From Octopus vulgaris (lineage: Eukaryota), in NCBI GenBank assembly GCA_951406725.2, contig OX597823.1, positions 32,488,001 through 32,552,000 on the forward strand: DNA of 64,000 bases, read 5' to 3'. Under the pieces are notes generated by a model, which saw nothing but the letters and a program-made list of their open reading frames with translations, was not told the origin of the DNA and made no database searches. Each line of letters opens with the position of its first letter. Position 1 is the stretch's first letter. A program made the translations under genes and the position numbers. Positions 46,126 through 58,045 of the stretch are shown piece after piece.

Positions 46126-47549
46126 TATCTTTTTATACTTATTTATGATTTTTTTTTGTTTTATTTATTTTTTATTTCAATTTTTTTTTTTCAAATGAGA
46201 TTATACAACTTTCCCTCGCAGGTCCTCTTCGATCCTGTCTTAGAATCATTCCAAGTGATGTCATCTTATTGATTCTATCAAGTAATTAGTGCAATAAATT
46301 ATATCCATGAAATAATGAAGATGATAAAAAATATAATCAATAACAGAATTCAAATTGACCCCAAGAGGGCGCTAATAAGCATTAAAACCATTAGCCACCA
46401 CCACCCCTACTCTTTTGATCTGGTCATGTCTTGCTCCCTAGTATTGTTTATTGTCTACAGAAAAAAGGTTTGGGGTAAGATGGTAAATTCCTGGTTCTTG
46501 TTCCATTCCATTCCATTCCATTTGCAAAAGACATTCCTAAGTCCTACATATTTCACATTCAATTCCTCACTTAACTCATTCTTCATCTCATCATTTTATT
46601 CATTATTTCTTGTCTCCTGTCTCTCTCCCTTCCTTTCTGTGTGTGTGTGTGTGTATTTATGGTGTCTGTATGTATTTATGGTGTCTGTATGTATTTATGC
46701 ACGACGACAGAATAAAAATATGATTTTCCTGTGTTACACATTACAATGTTATTATTTGTGATTTCTGTCATAGCATCCATGTTGACACCCAGGGGATTGT
46801 AAAATGATGGTCTGTTACAACCATCAGCTCTAAAAAAATATCTCCCTTAATACTTCACTCATTCTGTTTCTATGATAATGTTGTTGTTGTTTAACCCCAT
46901 GCTGGCCCTGTTCAAGTAGACCTATGATCAAAAGCCTGATTGTCCTACCCTTTTAGTAGGCACAGTTTCCAAAACTTAATTAGCCAATATATCCCTTTAA
47001 GATATTTGGGTGTGATTTCAAGGTTTAGCTGCTATTTCTAGCATGCCAAGCGATCATGTTGAAGCTTTCTTTCTGGTTTGTGTTGTATGATTTAACCCCA
47101 GATCAATCTTGATATAGGAAAGGCATTCTGACCATGACTATCCTGCCTTTGTAGGGTACATAGGACAACATTATTCAATGTATCTGTTCCTTTCCCAAGA
47201 AGGAAGTGTATGATTTGAAGGAGATTTAGCTGCTATTTCTAGTATGATCACTTAGAGGCTATCTAGGTTTGTGATGATGTTGATGTTTTCATCTACCCCT
47301 CTCTCTCTCTCTCTCTCCCTCATTATGCTGGCACATTGTCTGCAACGAGTGTGTAGGTCTGAGATTGGTTGTCCTTAATGCAGCCACCACACACAAAGAC
47401 CCAGTCATTATGATGATTTAGAAAAAGAATAAAACATTAACCTCAAATATTGAACTGGGGTTGTTATTTTAGAGTAACAACAGAACATTTTCTGATGGGA
47501 GAGGGGCAGACTCAACACTGAGATTTGAGATATATTTATTGCAAAGTTC

Positions 47550-47969
47550 ATTATTTACATTATTTACATTTGGCAGATATTTGTCCTCATTTTGTTGTTA
47601 ACACATTTTGGCTGATATACCCTCCAGCCTTCATCAGGTGTCTTGGGGAAATTTTGAACCTGGGTTCTCATTCCTAAGGTATTTTTCGATGTTATTATTA
47701 TTATTCAGGTCACTGCCTGGAATCGAACTCGGAATCTTGGGGTTAGTAGCCAGCAGTCTTAACCACTACGCCATATGCCGTGGGCATGTGGCATAGTGGT
47801 AATGATAATAATGATAATAATAATAACATCGAAAAATACCTTAGGAACGAGAACCCAGGTTCGAAATTTCCCCAAGACACCTGATGAAGGCGGGAGGGTA
47901 TATCAGCCGAAGCATTGTGTTAGAATATAAATAATGTACATAATTCCTCATCTCTTAAATATAGAACTG
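47550..47969. mobile_element. Family D head-to-head inverted pair
   Basis: Minus copy with a full tRNA head, axis at about 47781; the plus copy ends ...ctcatctcttaaatatagaactg. Confidence 0.85.
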
Positions 47970-49840
47970 CAAAGGACTTCCAGTTTTACCTTAATAGCTG
48001 ACTGAATTATCTCATTGAATGAACAATTAATTGGAAATTCTAAGTCCCAATCAGCCCTTAATATATATTAAACCTATCCACCACTGAACTGCCTAGACTT
48101 TTTTGTAGATTCTTTGTAATTAAATTAATTGATTTAATTAGACATATTTTAATATGGTTTAATCAGAGATCTTTATAGTCAGGGTTTCTGTGAGGTGTGG
48201 GACAAGCAACAAAATATTTCCAGACAGGAGGCGTTGTCTGAATATTTGCAGTAGAATATGCTCTACTAAAAGTACTCAGAGATGCCAGTTGATGGTGTTG
48301 GCTCCGCATAAGTCCCTGCACAGTCTTTCCTCTCCCAAAACATCAACCTTGTGGAATCTTCTCCTTGTTCATGCCTTTCCTGCAGGTGTTGAACTTCAGC
48401 ATTTAAACAAAACATTAATATCATCAATGTTTTAGTCTTGAAGAGCCTGTAAGGATCATAGGAACTGCACCTTCTTCAAAGCTCAGCAAAATAAATAAAA
48501 TAGTAAGAAAAAAAAAAGATCCCTGTTAGTTTGATCAACTGAACCATCCCCTCTGAACTATAAAGCAAATGGCTGAGGTCCCATAGGCACATGTAAATTC
48601 TCAGGCAGAATCAGTGTGTCACAATATGTGACAAGGTTGTACCTTTGAATTACAAGTACAATCAGTTTGATGGGCTTTCTATTCAGGTTTCAAATCTCAC
48701 CAACATCAACTTTGTCTTTCATCCTTCCAGGCTTGATAAGATAAACACCAATCAGTTACTGGTATTTAATTAGTCAACTATTTTCCCCTACCAAGCATCC
48801 AGTCGTGTATCTATAATAGAAATCCTTATTTTGGTTTCATACAACCATTTTGGTTTGATATAACTATCCATTTCTCTGCTACAGATTTCTTATCTTACGT
48901 TCTAACCTGAAATTGGTATTTTAATCAAATTTATCAGATCTTTCTATAAACATTTAGTGTTTTATCTGTTTCTCATTCTGTTTCTTGCTTTGTATTTTTC
49001 CAGTTGACATTTCTCAATAGAATTCAGTCTTTTGGTGTATTCAAAGAATTTCACCGATTTTCTCGTATTGTCTTTAACAATTTAATCTCTGTAGAGAAAT
49101 GCAAGATTGTTACTTTGCTATGGTCCCAAACAGGTTGTAATACAAGTTTGTACATCAGATTTACACATAGAATTATTGTGTGGTTTTTGTTAACTATGTA
49201 AGGGGTCTTGTATGTAGCTAGTAACTTTATTTCAGCAAACACTTGTCATTCTAGAGGTTATACATGTTGTTGTTGTCGAGCATATGAAAACGTCTTGAGG
49301 GTAGATAGTGTTGAGTGTGTATCAGACTACTATCATAGTTTTCTGCATCAGTTGGAATCTAGCAGTGACCAATTTAGTCTTCCATTCCCTTGTGATGTGA
49401 TTATGTATGAACCAGCAGTAAACTAAGATTGTGTTAATTGGTTCTAATCCATTCTTTAAAAAAAAAATTAATTAATAAATTTAAAAAATCTTTAAATACA
49501 CCATTATTATTAATATTGTTATTGTGTTTGCATGAGATTCCCAGAAATTAGACAAAGAAATTTCCATCATGTGTTAGTTTTGGAAGTAGTGACTTGAAGT
49601 TATCCTTGGCTCAACTATGACCATGCAAGATTTGAACCTGTTTTACCTGAAATGAATTTCACCTTCCTTTCTTCCCCATACACCTCCCTAAAACTGTTTG
49701 ACAGGCATGAAAGCCAACAAGTCATAGAACCTCTCCATTGAGTTAGGCATGTACACTGCCCACTTGTGATCATGAGTGCTGCTAAATATGGCCGTTCTTT
49801 AATGCATGGCTTCAAACATTTCTAAACATACATGCTCACA

Positions 49841-49924
<84 letters not shown>

Positions 49925-51186
49925 TATATACATACATTTATTTGTATGTACATTTGTTGTTGTTTTTGTTGATGATGATGATGGTAAGGTAATAGTAATG
50001 GTTATGGTGATGCTGATGGTGGTTGATGGTGGTACCAGCCTGTTAAGTTGATGCCAACTCATTAGTCATTGCCAACAAGTGTATATGTATGCCTGTGGGT
50101 ATTGTGTTTACATGACTGTATGCATGTAGATGTATGTGTGTGTATATGATATTCTGAGGAAATTAAACATCATTAGCTTTACCACTGTCTTTATATGCAT
50201 CACCATGGTAACGTGTGTTGTGTGAGGTAAGTTTTTGATATTGCCAGTTATCTACACCAAGTGGATATGTGAAGATCTTTTAGGATCTGCTATTATGGTG
50301 TTTTGTATTTGTTTTTATTTTTTTATGAGGCTACCCTAAATCTTCCATCTGCTCGGCTGTATGAGTCTGGTAAGGTTTGTCTCAAGATGTCACTACCATT
50401 TGTCTTTAGTGTGTGTGTGTGAGTCTTGTGTATTTATTTAACTGGAGATCTGTTGCTGTAACAATAGCCATTGACAGAATGATATGTCATATTCCAGCAG
50501 ATCTCACTTAGATAGCTGCTGCTTTGTGAAGGACAATATTATATGAGGTCCATAAACCTACATAGCCAAGACCTGCACTTTAGATATAGGTGTTTCTAAA
50601 TTCAATCTCCAGAACCTAGGACCAGTTGCTACAGTTGGCATCCATGTATCTGACAATGCAATTGTAAATTCCAAAAGTGAAGTACATCTGACATTTATTC
50701 TGTCGTAGCTGTACAAAACCATAGATCAAACTTAAGGATTTCTGTCAGATACAAATCTCCAATGAGGGCCTTATTATCCACAGATGTTTGAGGAAGATGT
50801 TTAGTAAGAATATTGCTGAGTTGTTTGATAAATGATAGTTGTTCATAAGTGTTTGACAATAGTATTATTCATAAATGTTTGACAACAAAGTTGCCAACAA
50901 CAGTGAGGCTAGAGAATCTCTGACTGACAAAGTACCAATTAGATGGATGTAATATCTTAACTTAAAAGGAAGAAAATACATATAAGATAAACGGACAAGA
51001 ACACACTTACTTAGATATAAGTGCGAGTATAGAAATACCTTAAGATAAACATATAAATACACTTAGATACATATAGGAACTTATACAGACATGCATATAT
51101 TAGATACGAGCACATATACCTGTGTGAGCATATACATCTACTTACACAGATCTATGCTGGTTGAGATGTACAAACAAATGTGTACA

Positions 51187-51454
51187 CATTATTTACATTT
51201 GACGGATATTTGTCCTCATCTTGTTTGTTGTTAACAGGCATATGGCGTAGTGGTTAACAGTGCAGGCTACTAACCCCAAGATTTCAAGTTCGATTCCAGG
51301 CAGTGACCTGAATAATAGTAATAACATCGAAAAATACCTTAGGAATGAGAACCCAAGTTCGAAATTTCCATAAGATACCTGATGAAGGCTGGACGGTATA
51401 TCAGTTGAAATGTGTTAACAACAAACAAGCTGAGGACAAATATCCATCAAATGT
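51187..51454. mobile_element. Family D: full + strand copy (51237-51454) preceded by a short inverted 3' fragment
   Basis: cattatttacatttgacggatatttgtcctcatcttgtttgttgttaaca, then GGCATATGGCGTAGTGGTTAA...CAAGTTCGATTCCAGGC...cctgatgaaggctgg...ggacaaatatccatcaaatgt. Confidence 0.85.
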
Positions 51455-51789
51455 GTACACATACATGTGTGTATAATCTATATACATAAAGCAACATGTG
51501 TACAATATGTACACACAAGTATGTAAATAAACATATCTGAGTATGTATAAATGAATGCCTTTATATATACAAATAAATATCTACATTTTACCTGTTTCAA
51601 TCCTTACATTTCTTGGATTTTTAATTGCATTTTTAGCAGCTTAAATTGTGAAACCATGAATTGTATGGTGAGAGCCAGCTTACTGAAATTTCCCTTGAAT
51701 TCAATATGGGATGGACCTATCTATCTATCCATCTATATATATATATAGCTTGCAATTAATTGATTTACAACTAGCTATATTAAGACTGT

Positions 51790-52090
51790 GGAGGCACATG
51801 GCCTAGTGGTTAGAGCAGCAGACTCGCGGTTGAGGGATTGCAGGTTCGAATCTCAGACTGGGCAATGTGTGTGTTTATGAGTGAAACATATAAGTTCCAC
51901 GTGGCTCCAGCAGAATGTAATGGCAAACTTCTGCTGACTCTTTCGCCACAACTTTCTCTCACTCTTTCCTCCTGCATCTTGCAGTTCACCTGCGACGGAC
52001 TGGCGTCCCATCCAGGTGGGGAACCTATATGCCAAGGAAACTGAGAAACTGGCCCTATGAACCAGGCATGGCTTGAGAAGAAACAAACAA
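51790..52090 (+). mobile_element. tRNA-derived SINE with a V-domain-like core
   Basis: A-box TGGCCTAGTGG, B-box GGTTCGAATC, central cctgcgacggactggcgtcccatccagg (resembles the V-SINE domain as recalled) and an (aaac)n tail. Confidence 0.75.
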
Positions 52091-52151
52091 TGTGTTAAGA
52101 CTGAGATTGGACAATGTCTGTAACAAAAGGAAAAGCATATTTAAAAATATA

Positions 52152-52527
52152 TAATAATAATGAAATTATTGTATACAGTGCTCAGGTGCACCACAACTTG
52201 TCAGAAAGTGCATACAAAGCACATGCAGCAATGTAGAAATGTCTGGAAAGCGAACAATGTACGAGTCAGATACATGCTTGTGTGTGTATGGAGGGGAGAA
52301 AATCAAGTGTAGTGTTGGCGAATCTCAGGAAGCATGGAAGTTTTGAAGGATGCAGTGCTCCGACAACTAACAACTGATGCTGGCAGTTAGTTCCATGCTT
52401 CAGCAACTCTCAGCGTGAAAAAATGTTTCCTGAAGTCATGGGAGCTGTGCTGTTTTCTTACTTTGTAAATATGTCCAGGGGTGTTAGATGGGTGGAGTTT
52501 GAAAAGGTGCTCAGAGTTATTGTTTGT
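52152..52527 (-). mobile_element. CR1-type LINE 3' end
   Basis: Minus-strand peptide NTPGHIYKVRKQHSSHDFRKHFFTLRVAEAWN*LPASVVSCRSTASFK, followed by a short 3' UTR and a (TTA)n tail. Confidence 0.78.
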
Positions 52528-53091
52528 ACCTATGTGCCTTTGTATATTTTTATTTGTGCTAGTATTTCAGGCACATAATAGTGTAAACTAAATATAGGGC
52601 ATGTTAAGTGTGTTCAGTATTAAACTATTCAAAAAAATGTTATAGATTAAGAAGAAACAATTAGGAAGTTACCATTTGAGTGTAAATAATGGAAATTTAT
52701 GAGAAAAGTCTCTTGGAGATTATTTGGTAAAAACTAATTCTTAATTGTTGTCTTAAATCTTGGTCTTGTTTAAAAGTCTTTAGAATCTTAGTAACAATTA
52801 ATTAACAGATCTTTTTTTTTAAATTTTATTTGAGAAATTTTCATCTGCTAGTAATGTTTTAAGGGTCTCACAAATGTATAACCAACATTTGCATCCTTCC
52901 CTTCCATAAGAATTTCACTGCTTTAATAATGCTCCATTTAAGATTAAAAATTGACAGCTTTAAATTTGAAAGCCCTTAAGTACTTGGCTAGTGATGTCAA
53001 GTGTATTAATTCAGAGACAAAAACTGTTTATGCACAGAAAACCTAGTTTTGAAATAATTTGAAGTAGAAGCTGCATAATGTTTGCTTCTGT

Positions 53092-53122
<31 letters not shown>

Positions 53123-53604
53123 ACCTATATGTGTGTGTGTGTGTGTATGTGTGTAATAGATGAGTGTTTGGGAATCTATATTTGAGTTATTGATCCTTCT
53201 CAGGTCAAACATGACTTTTCCCTTCACCTCCATTTTTAGCATCGTTACATTCCCTCTTTATCACTATGACAATCATCATCATCATCATCATTGTCATAAC
53301 TGAATATTTACAATTAGAAAAGTTATATTTTCATTTTCATTCTTTTTTCATTTTCTCTTTTTATTTTATTTTATTGTGTATTGTTTTTTTTATTTTATTT
53401 TATTTTTTATAATTAATCTCCACATGACTTTGGTTGACTATTAAATTCCAGCCCTGAGTGATCTATGTAGGTTTGATCCCAAACTTACTGTTCTTCAGTA
53501 ATGAATTCTAATCTTTCGCTGTTGAATTATTTAATCATGACCTTTTCTTGTTTAACTATCAAAATACCAACTATTCTTTGGACCTGACCTTTCTTTCAAC
53601 TTTA

Positions 53605-53892
53605 AGGCCTACATCGTTATTAGGTCATGTCATGAGCTCAGGAACTCGTAAGGCTGGAACCTGATTTTCTATGGCAAGTAAGTGACTGAGAGCACAATAC
53701 ACCCTCCTGGACGGGACACCAGTCCATCACAGGTTTCACTTCCCATTTGTTGCTGGAACTCATGTAGTGTTGTGTGAACTGGAGTAATGTGAAAGGAAAT
53801 ATTTTACTCAAGAACACAAAGCATCACCTGGTTAGGGAAATGAAACCACAATCTTACACTCTGAGTGCAACACTCTAATCACTATGCCATGC
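53605..53892 (-). mobile_element. Diverged tRNA-derived SINE (CORE-like plus V-like segments)
   Basis: Minus strand gcatggcatagtgattagagtg...gtgttcttgagtaaaatatttcc...cctgtgatggactggtgtcccgtccagg. Confidence 0.6.
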
Positions 53893-54654
53893 ACATTCAC
53901 TACATGGCTGTTAGATGTATTATCATTATTGATAAAGTTAAAAGCTTGTCTTTATAAATATTATTCCATTCAAAGGAAGATGCCTATTAAATATTATAAC
54001 TAAAAGTAAACAGCAACAAAATTTAGAAGCTGTTTTATTGATTCCGTTGTACATTCATGTTTACCTGTAATGAATTGATTAAAAGCATTTAATATCATGG
54101 CTGTTTCCTCTGCTCAATAACATTACAATAATATTACATGATTATTAGGTATTGATGTTTCAGATTGAAATAATTCTTTCAGAAGTCAATATTCACACCT
54201 GGAATATGATAACCAGCAAAAACAAAATCATGTTTATAGACCTACTGCCTGCATAAGAGTTATTCTCTAACTTTATCCAGTGGCAGCTCATTTACCAATT
54301 TGACATGTATAGAGACATGCATGTGACACATGGCAAGAGTGCATGTGAAATACAACATGCAACAAGTTATTCTATGTGTGTGTATCTGAAGTGATTGGCC
54401 TGCTGTGAAGTAGTTGGCATAAAGAAAGGCATCCAAGCACAGAGACCATGCCAATTCAGGCACTGAAGCACTATGCAGTCCTTGGGCCCATCAGATCCAT
54501 TCAAATTGTCCAATCCAGCAAGGAATGTAGACATTAAATGATAATGATATATATTCGTATGTAACCAAAATTAAATGCGTTATACAAAATACAGTAATTC
54601 TCTTTTCGGTAGTTTATGACAATGATATCATCATCATAATTTTAATATCTACAT

Positions 54655-54819
54655 AGGCATAGGAGTGGCTGTGTGGTAAGTAGCTTGCTTACCAACCACA
54701 TGTTTCCGGGTTCATTCCCACTGCATGCACCTTGGGCAAGTATCTGCTACTATAGTCTTGGGCCGACCAAAGCCTTGTGAGTGGATTTGGTAGACGGAAA
54801 CTGAAAGAAGCCTGTCATA

Positions 54820-54860
<41 letters not shown>

Positions 54861-55070
54861 ATATTTGTGTGTCTGTGTTTGTCCCCCCAACATCGCTTGA
54901 CAAGCTGGTGTGTTTACATCCCGGTAACTTAGCGGTTTAGCAAAAGAGACCGATAGAATAAGTACTAGGCTTACAAAGAATAAGTCCTGGGGTCAATTTG
55001 CTCGACTAAAGGCGGTGCTCCAGCATGGCCGCTGTCAAATGACTGAAACAAGTAAAACAGAGTAAAAAGA
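54655..55070 (+). mobile_element. SINE family A copy (near full length)
   Basis: aggcataggagtggctgtgtggtaag...aaatgactgaaacaagtaaaacagagtaaaaaga. Confidence 0.85.
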
Positions 55071-55129
55071 AATTATTTCCATGTTTGTATGAGCCAAATG
55101 AAAGTATGTTGGGGCTAAATTTTCTATGA

Positions 55130-57125
55130 TTGTGAGTCTTTTTCTAATACCAGTCCACACTTGTTTTCGAGTGTGGGTAAATAATAATTGAATCATCAGA
55201 TAAGTTAATGGTGGATTCATTTTCACTCTCTAATGTCCTTTATGTAGTTGAATCAAAAATTTATTTTGTCATATTTTTTGGAGTAATAATTCCAGAAAAA
55301 TTGCATCAAGTTTAGATGTTTATCTTAAATATTTAGTGTTTTCCTGCCAGCCATTATCAACAAATTGTTTAATTCAAATAATATTGATATCCGACTTGAT
55401 GGCTGATTCAGTTTCTTCAGTGGTAACTGCCATTTCAATGAGACTTCCTTCAATGATTTCATGTATTTTAAATCCAGAAGCAATGTAATTTCTATGACTT
55501 TCATCAAAATCATAAGGTTCAATCAACATACAACGTTATATCATATATTTGTATGATATCAAATTTATCATCTTGATGCTGGGATTGTTAACACATAAGC
55601 ATCAATATATTTTCATTTGGTAGCAATATGTGTATTAGCAAGTTGTGATTGGTGATTAATTCAAAATTCTTTTCATATTGGAATTGACTAAAGTTATGAA
55701 GACTAAATCAAATAAATAATCACTTTTAATCTATTTACAAACATTGCTGTTGATGTCCAGTGAATGTTTTAGATGTCTGGGCCAATGCACATTCAACTCC
55801 ATTCTCATGTTGCAACATTCTGTTCTTTCAATGCCAACTGGATCTCTTCTACTGCCAAAATTAATAACAAACTTTCATTGTAATGAGGGGGCTCTGTGGC
55901 CTTAATCACTCGTTTCAATTCATTAAAATTTTATTGACAATCATTTAATTATTGGAATGATATGGTTTTTGTTAATTAAGATAATGATGCAGTAATGAAT
56001 GTGTGATAATATTCAACTTCTGAAGCAAATAATGTTTCATTTACCTTCTTATTGAATCGGTAATTTTGTAAAAGCATCAATATTTTTTCTTTCTTTTTCT
56101 TTTTCTTTCTTTTTTCTTTTTCTTTTGATAATGCTTTTGACTGACATGCTAAGAGTATAGCCAAGACAATGAGCTTTGTTATGGAAAACTCTTTCATTTT
56201 ATGACATTTTGAACTTTAGTCTTTTAACTGATTAAATATTTGTTAACTAATTTATTTAAATATTATTCATCCATTATCCAGACACAACACACAGTGCTTT
56301 ATTCCAAATGACAAACGACCAACATGATTTTGAAATATGGAAGCACAATGGAAATTCATTTGCACTTATAAAGACCCAAAAGGCATATTTATTGCTAGTA
56401 GTTTTTGTAATTCTCTCTTCTGATCTATAAATATATGCCTTTTAAATTAGTTATGCTAAAGTTTTCTGCTCTCTAGTTTATGGAATATTTCATTAGATCT
56501 TGGCATTGGATGGTAATCATTTCAATGTGTTTGCTGATCATAACTTAAATATTGCTACTGGCATGAATTTTGCCATTTGGCTACCAAACAGCGATGATTG
56601 GTGCAACCAAAATCACTGTAATTAGTTAGTTGTAATGTACTTTTGAACACTTCACATTCCAGTTCTCCTTTTACTTGTTCAGCTTTTGAAAATGGAAAAG
56701 GTCTAATCTTCCAGTAAATCTGGTTTGCGTTGTGGCCTACATTTTCAGTCAACAGCTGAAAATTGCTTCCAAATGTTTTGCACATAAACCATTGTTTTAT
56801 TTGAAATATTCAGATAAGTTGAATTATCAACATTATTTACAACATTAGTAATATTATTGAGTAGAAGTAACAATGACAGATTAAATGCTTTAACCAATTT
56901 ATTCCGTATAAACACAAATGCACTTTAGAATTAATAAAATGGCCTCTAAATTTTGTGGCCGTTTACATTCCGTTGTTAATATCTGATTGGCATCTTTCTT
57001 TAATTGGAATATCTTTAATACAATAAGCTTTTAACTTTGTCAACACTGGTTCAAATGGAGAAGACCTGATAATTTTATATGTATGAAATCAAAGTTCTAG
57101 TGGCAATGACATCTAATTTGAATTT
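55130..57125 (-). mobile_element. Highly decayed Ty3/Gypsy LTR-retrotransposon pol relic (PR-RT-RNaseH-start of IN)
   Basis: In order on the minus strand: KFKLDVIATRTLIS (protease), RPFPFSKAEQVKGELE...NYSDF, YHPMPRSNEIFHKL, KLLAINMPFG, SIFQ...LCLDN (RT), HYNESLLLILAV...ENGVECALAQTSKTF...EFELITNH (RNase H), QFVDNGW and QLHKGH (integrase zinc finger). Many stops and frameshifts; no LTRs recognised. Confidence 0.8.
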
Positions 57126-57130
57126 AATCA

Positions 57131-57198
57131 ATAATAGCACTGAAATGTAACATCAGTTTCTGATTTCTTTGTTGAGATTTGTAATACATGTGTGTGTC

Positions 57199-57280
<82 letters not shown>

Positions 57281-57564
57281 AGAAATGGAGCAATAATAAC
57301 AGAAGTAGATCATTAGTGTTTTAGAGTCATTTAATAACGATCGTTATTAAATGACTTTAAAACACTAATGATCTACTTCTAACTGTTGTTATTGCTCCAT
57401 TTCTTATTGCTTTTTATATATATTAAACCATAGTTTTACCTTTAAATTACCTACTACCATATACCTTATAACAAGGACCATACATACTGAGGTAATACCA
57501 GGAGTGCCTTTGGGTACATCTATCCCTTAGACAGTTACATTACCTCTAACATATCTTACACTAC

Positions 57565-57634
<70 letters not shown>

Positions 57635-57725
57635 TGTATATATAGACACACACATACACATATACATATTACAAATCTCAACAAAGAAATCAGAAACTGA
57701 TGTCACATTTCAGTGCTATTCAATA
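57131..57725. repeat. Nested inverted repeats: outer arms of about 55 bp and an inner hairpin of about 128 bp (57279-57406)
   Basis: aatagcactgaaatgtaacatcagtttctgatttctttgttgagatttgtaata and its reverse complement at about 57667-57720; inner palindrome centred ttaataacga|tcgttattaa at 57340/57341. Confidence 0.85.
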
Positions 57726-57864
57726 ATATATATAAGGTATGAAAGGTATTGGTGTCAAGAAGACCCAAAGGTGGCAAGTAATGCTGAGTAAGTGTTATGG
57801 ACAGACTATAGTTAAGCTCCAGGTTCGATGATGATACGAATGAGGAGTCCAACATGAGTCTTGC

Positions 57865-58045
57865 ATATGTATAAAAATTGACAGAATGAGATAAAAAATC
57901 CAAGGGTGTGAATAGTTTTCAGAACATTTACAAAGAGGTCTTACAGCAGTTTCCAGGAAACAGCTGTAAGACCTCTTTATAAATGTTGTGAAAACTTTCA
58001 CAGCCTTGGATTTTTTATCTCATTCTTTTAATTTATATATATATA
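57865..58045. repeat. About 180 bp fold-back hairpin centred at 57955
   Basis: gaggtcttacagcagtttcc-a-ggaaacagctgtaagacctc; arms extend to agaatgagataaaaaatccaagg / ccttggattttttatctcattct. Confidence 0.85.

Noticed and set aside
51237-51310. tRNA gene with anticodon ACT (also tRNA-like heads at 26219-26290 and 51793-51865)
   Set aside because: Acceptor stems do not pair well and each is fused to a repeat body; these are SINE heads, not tRNA genes. The parent tRNA could not be resolved.
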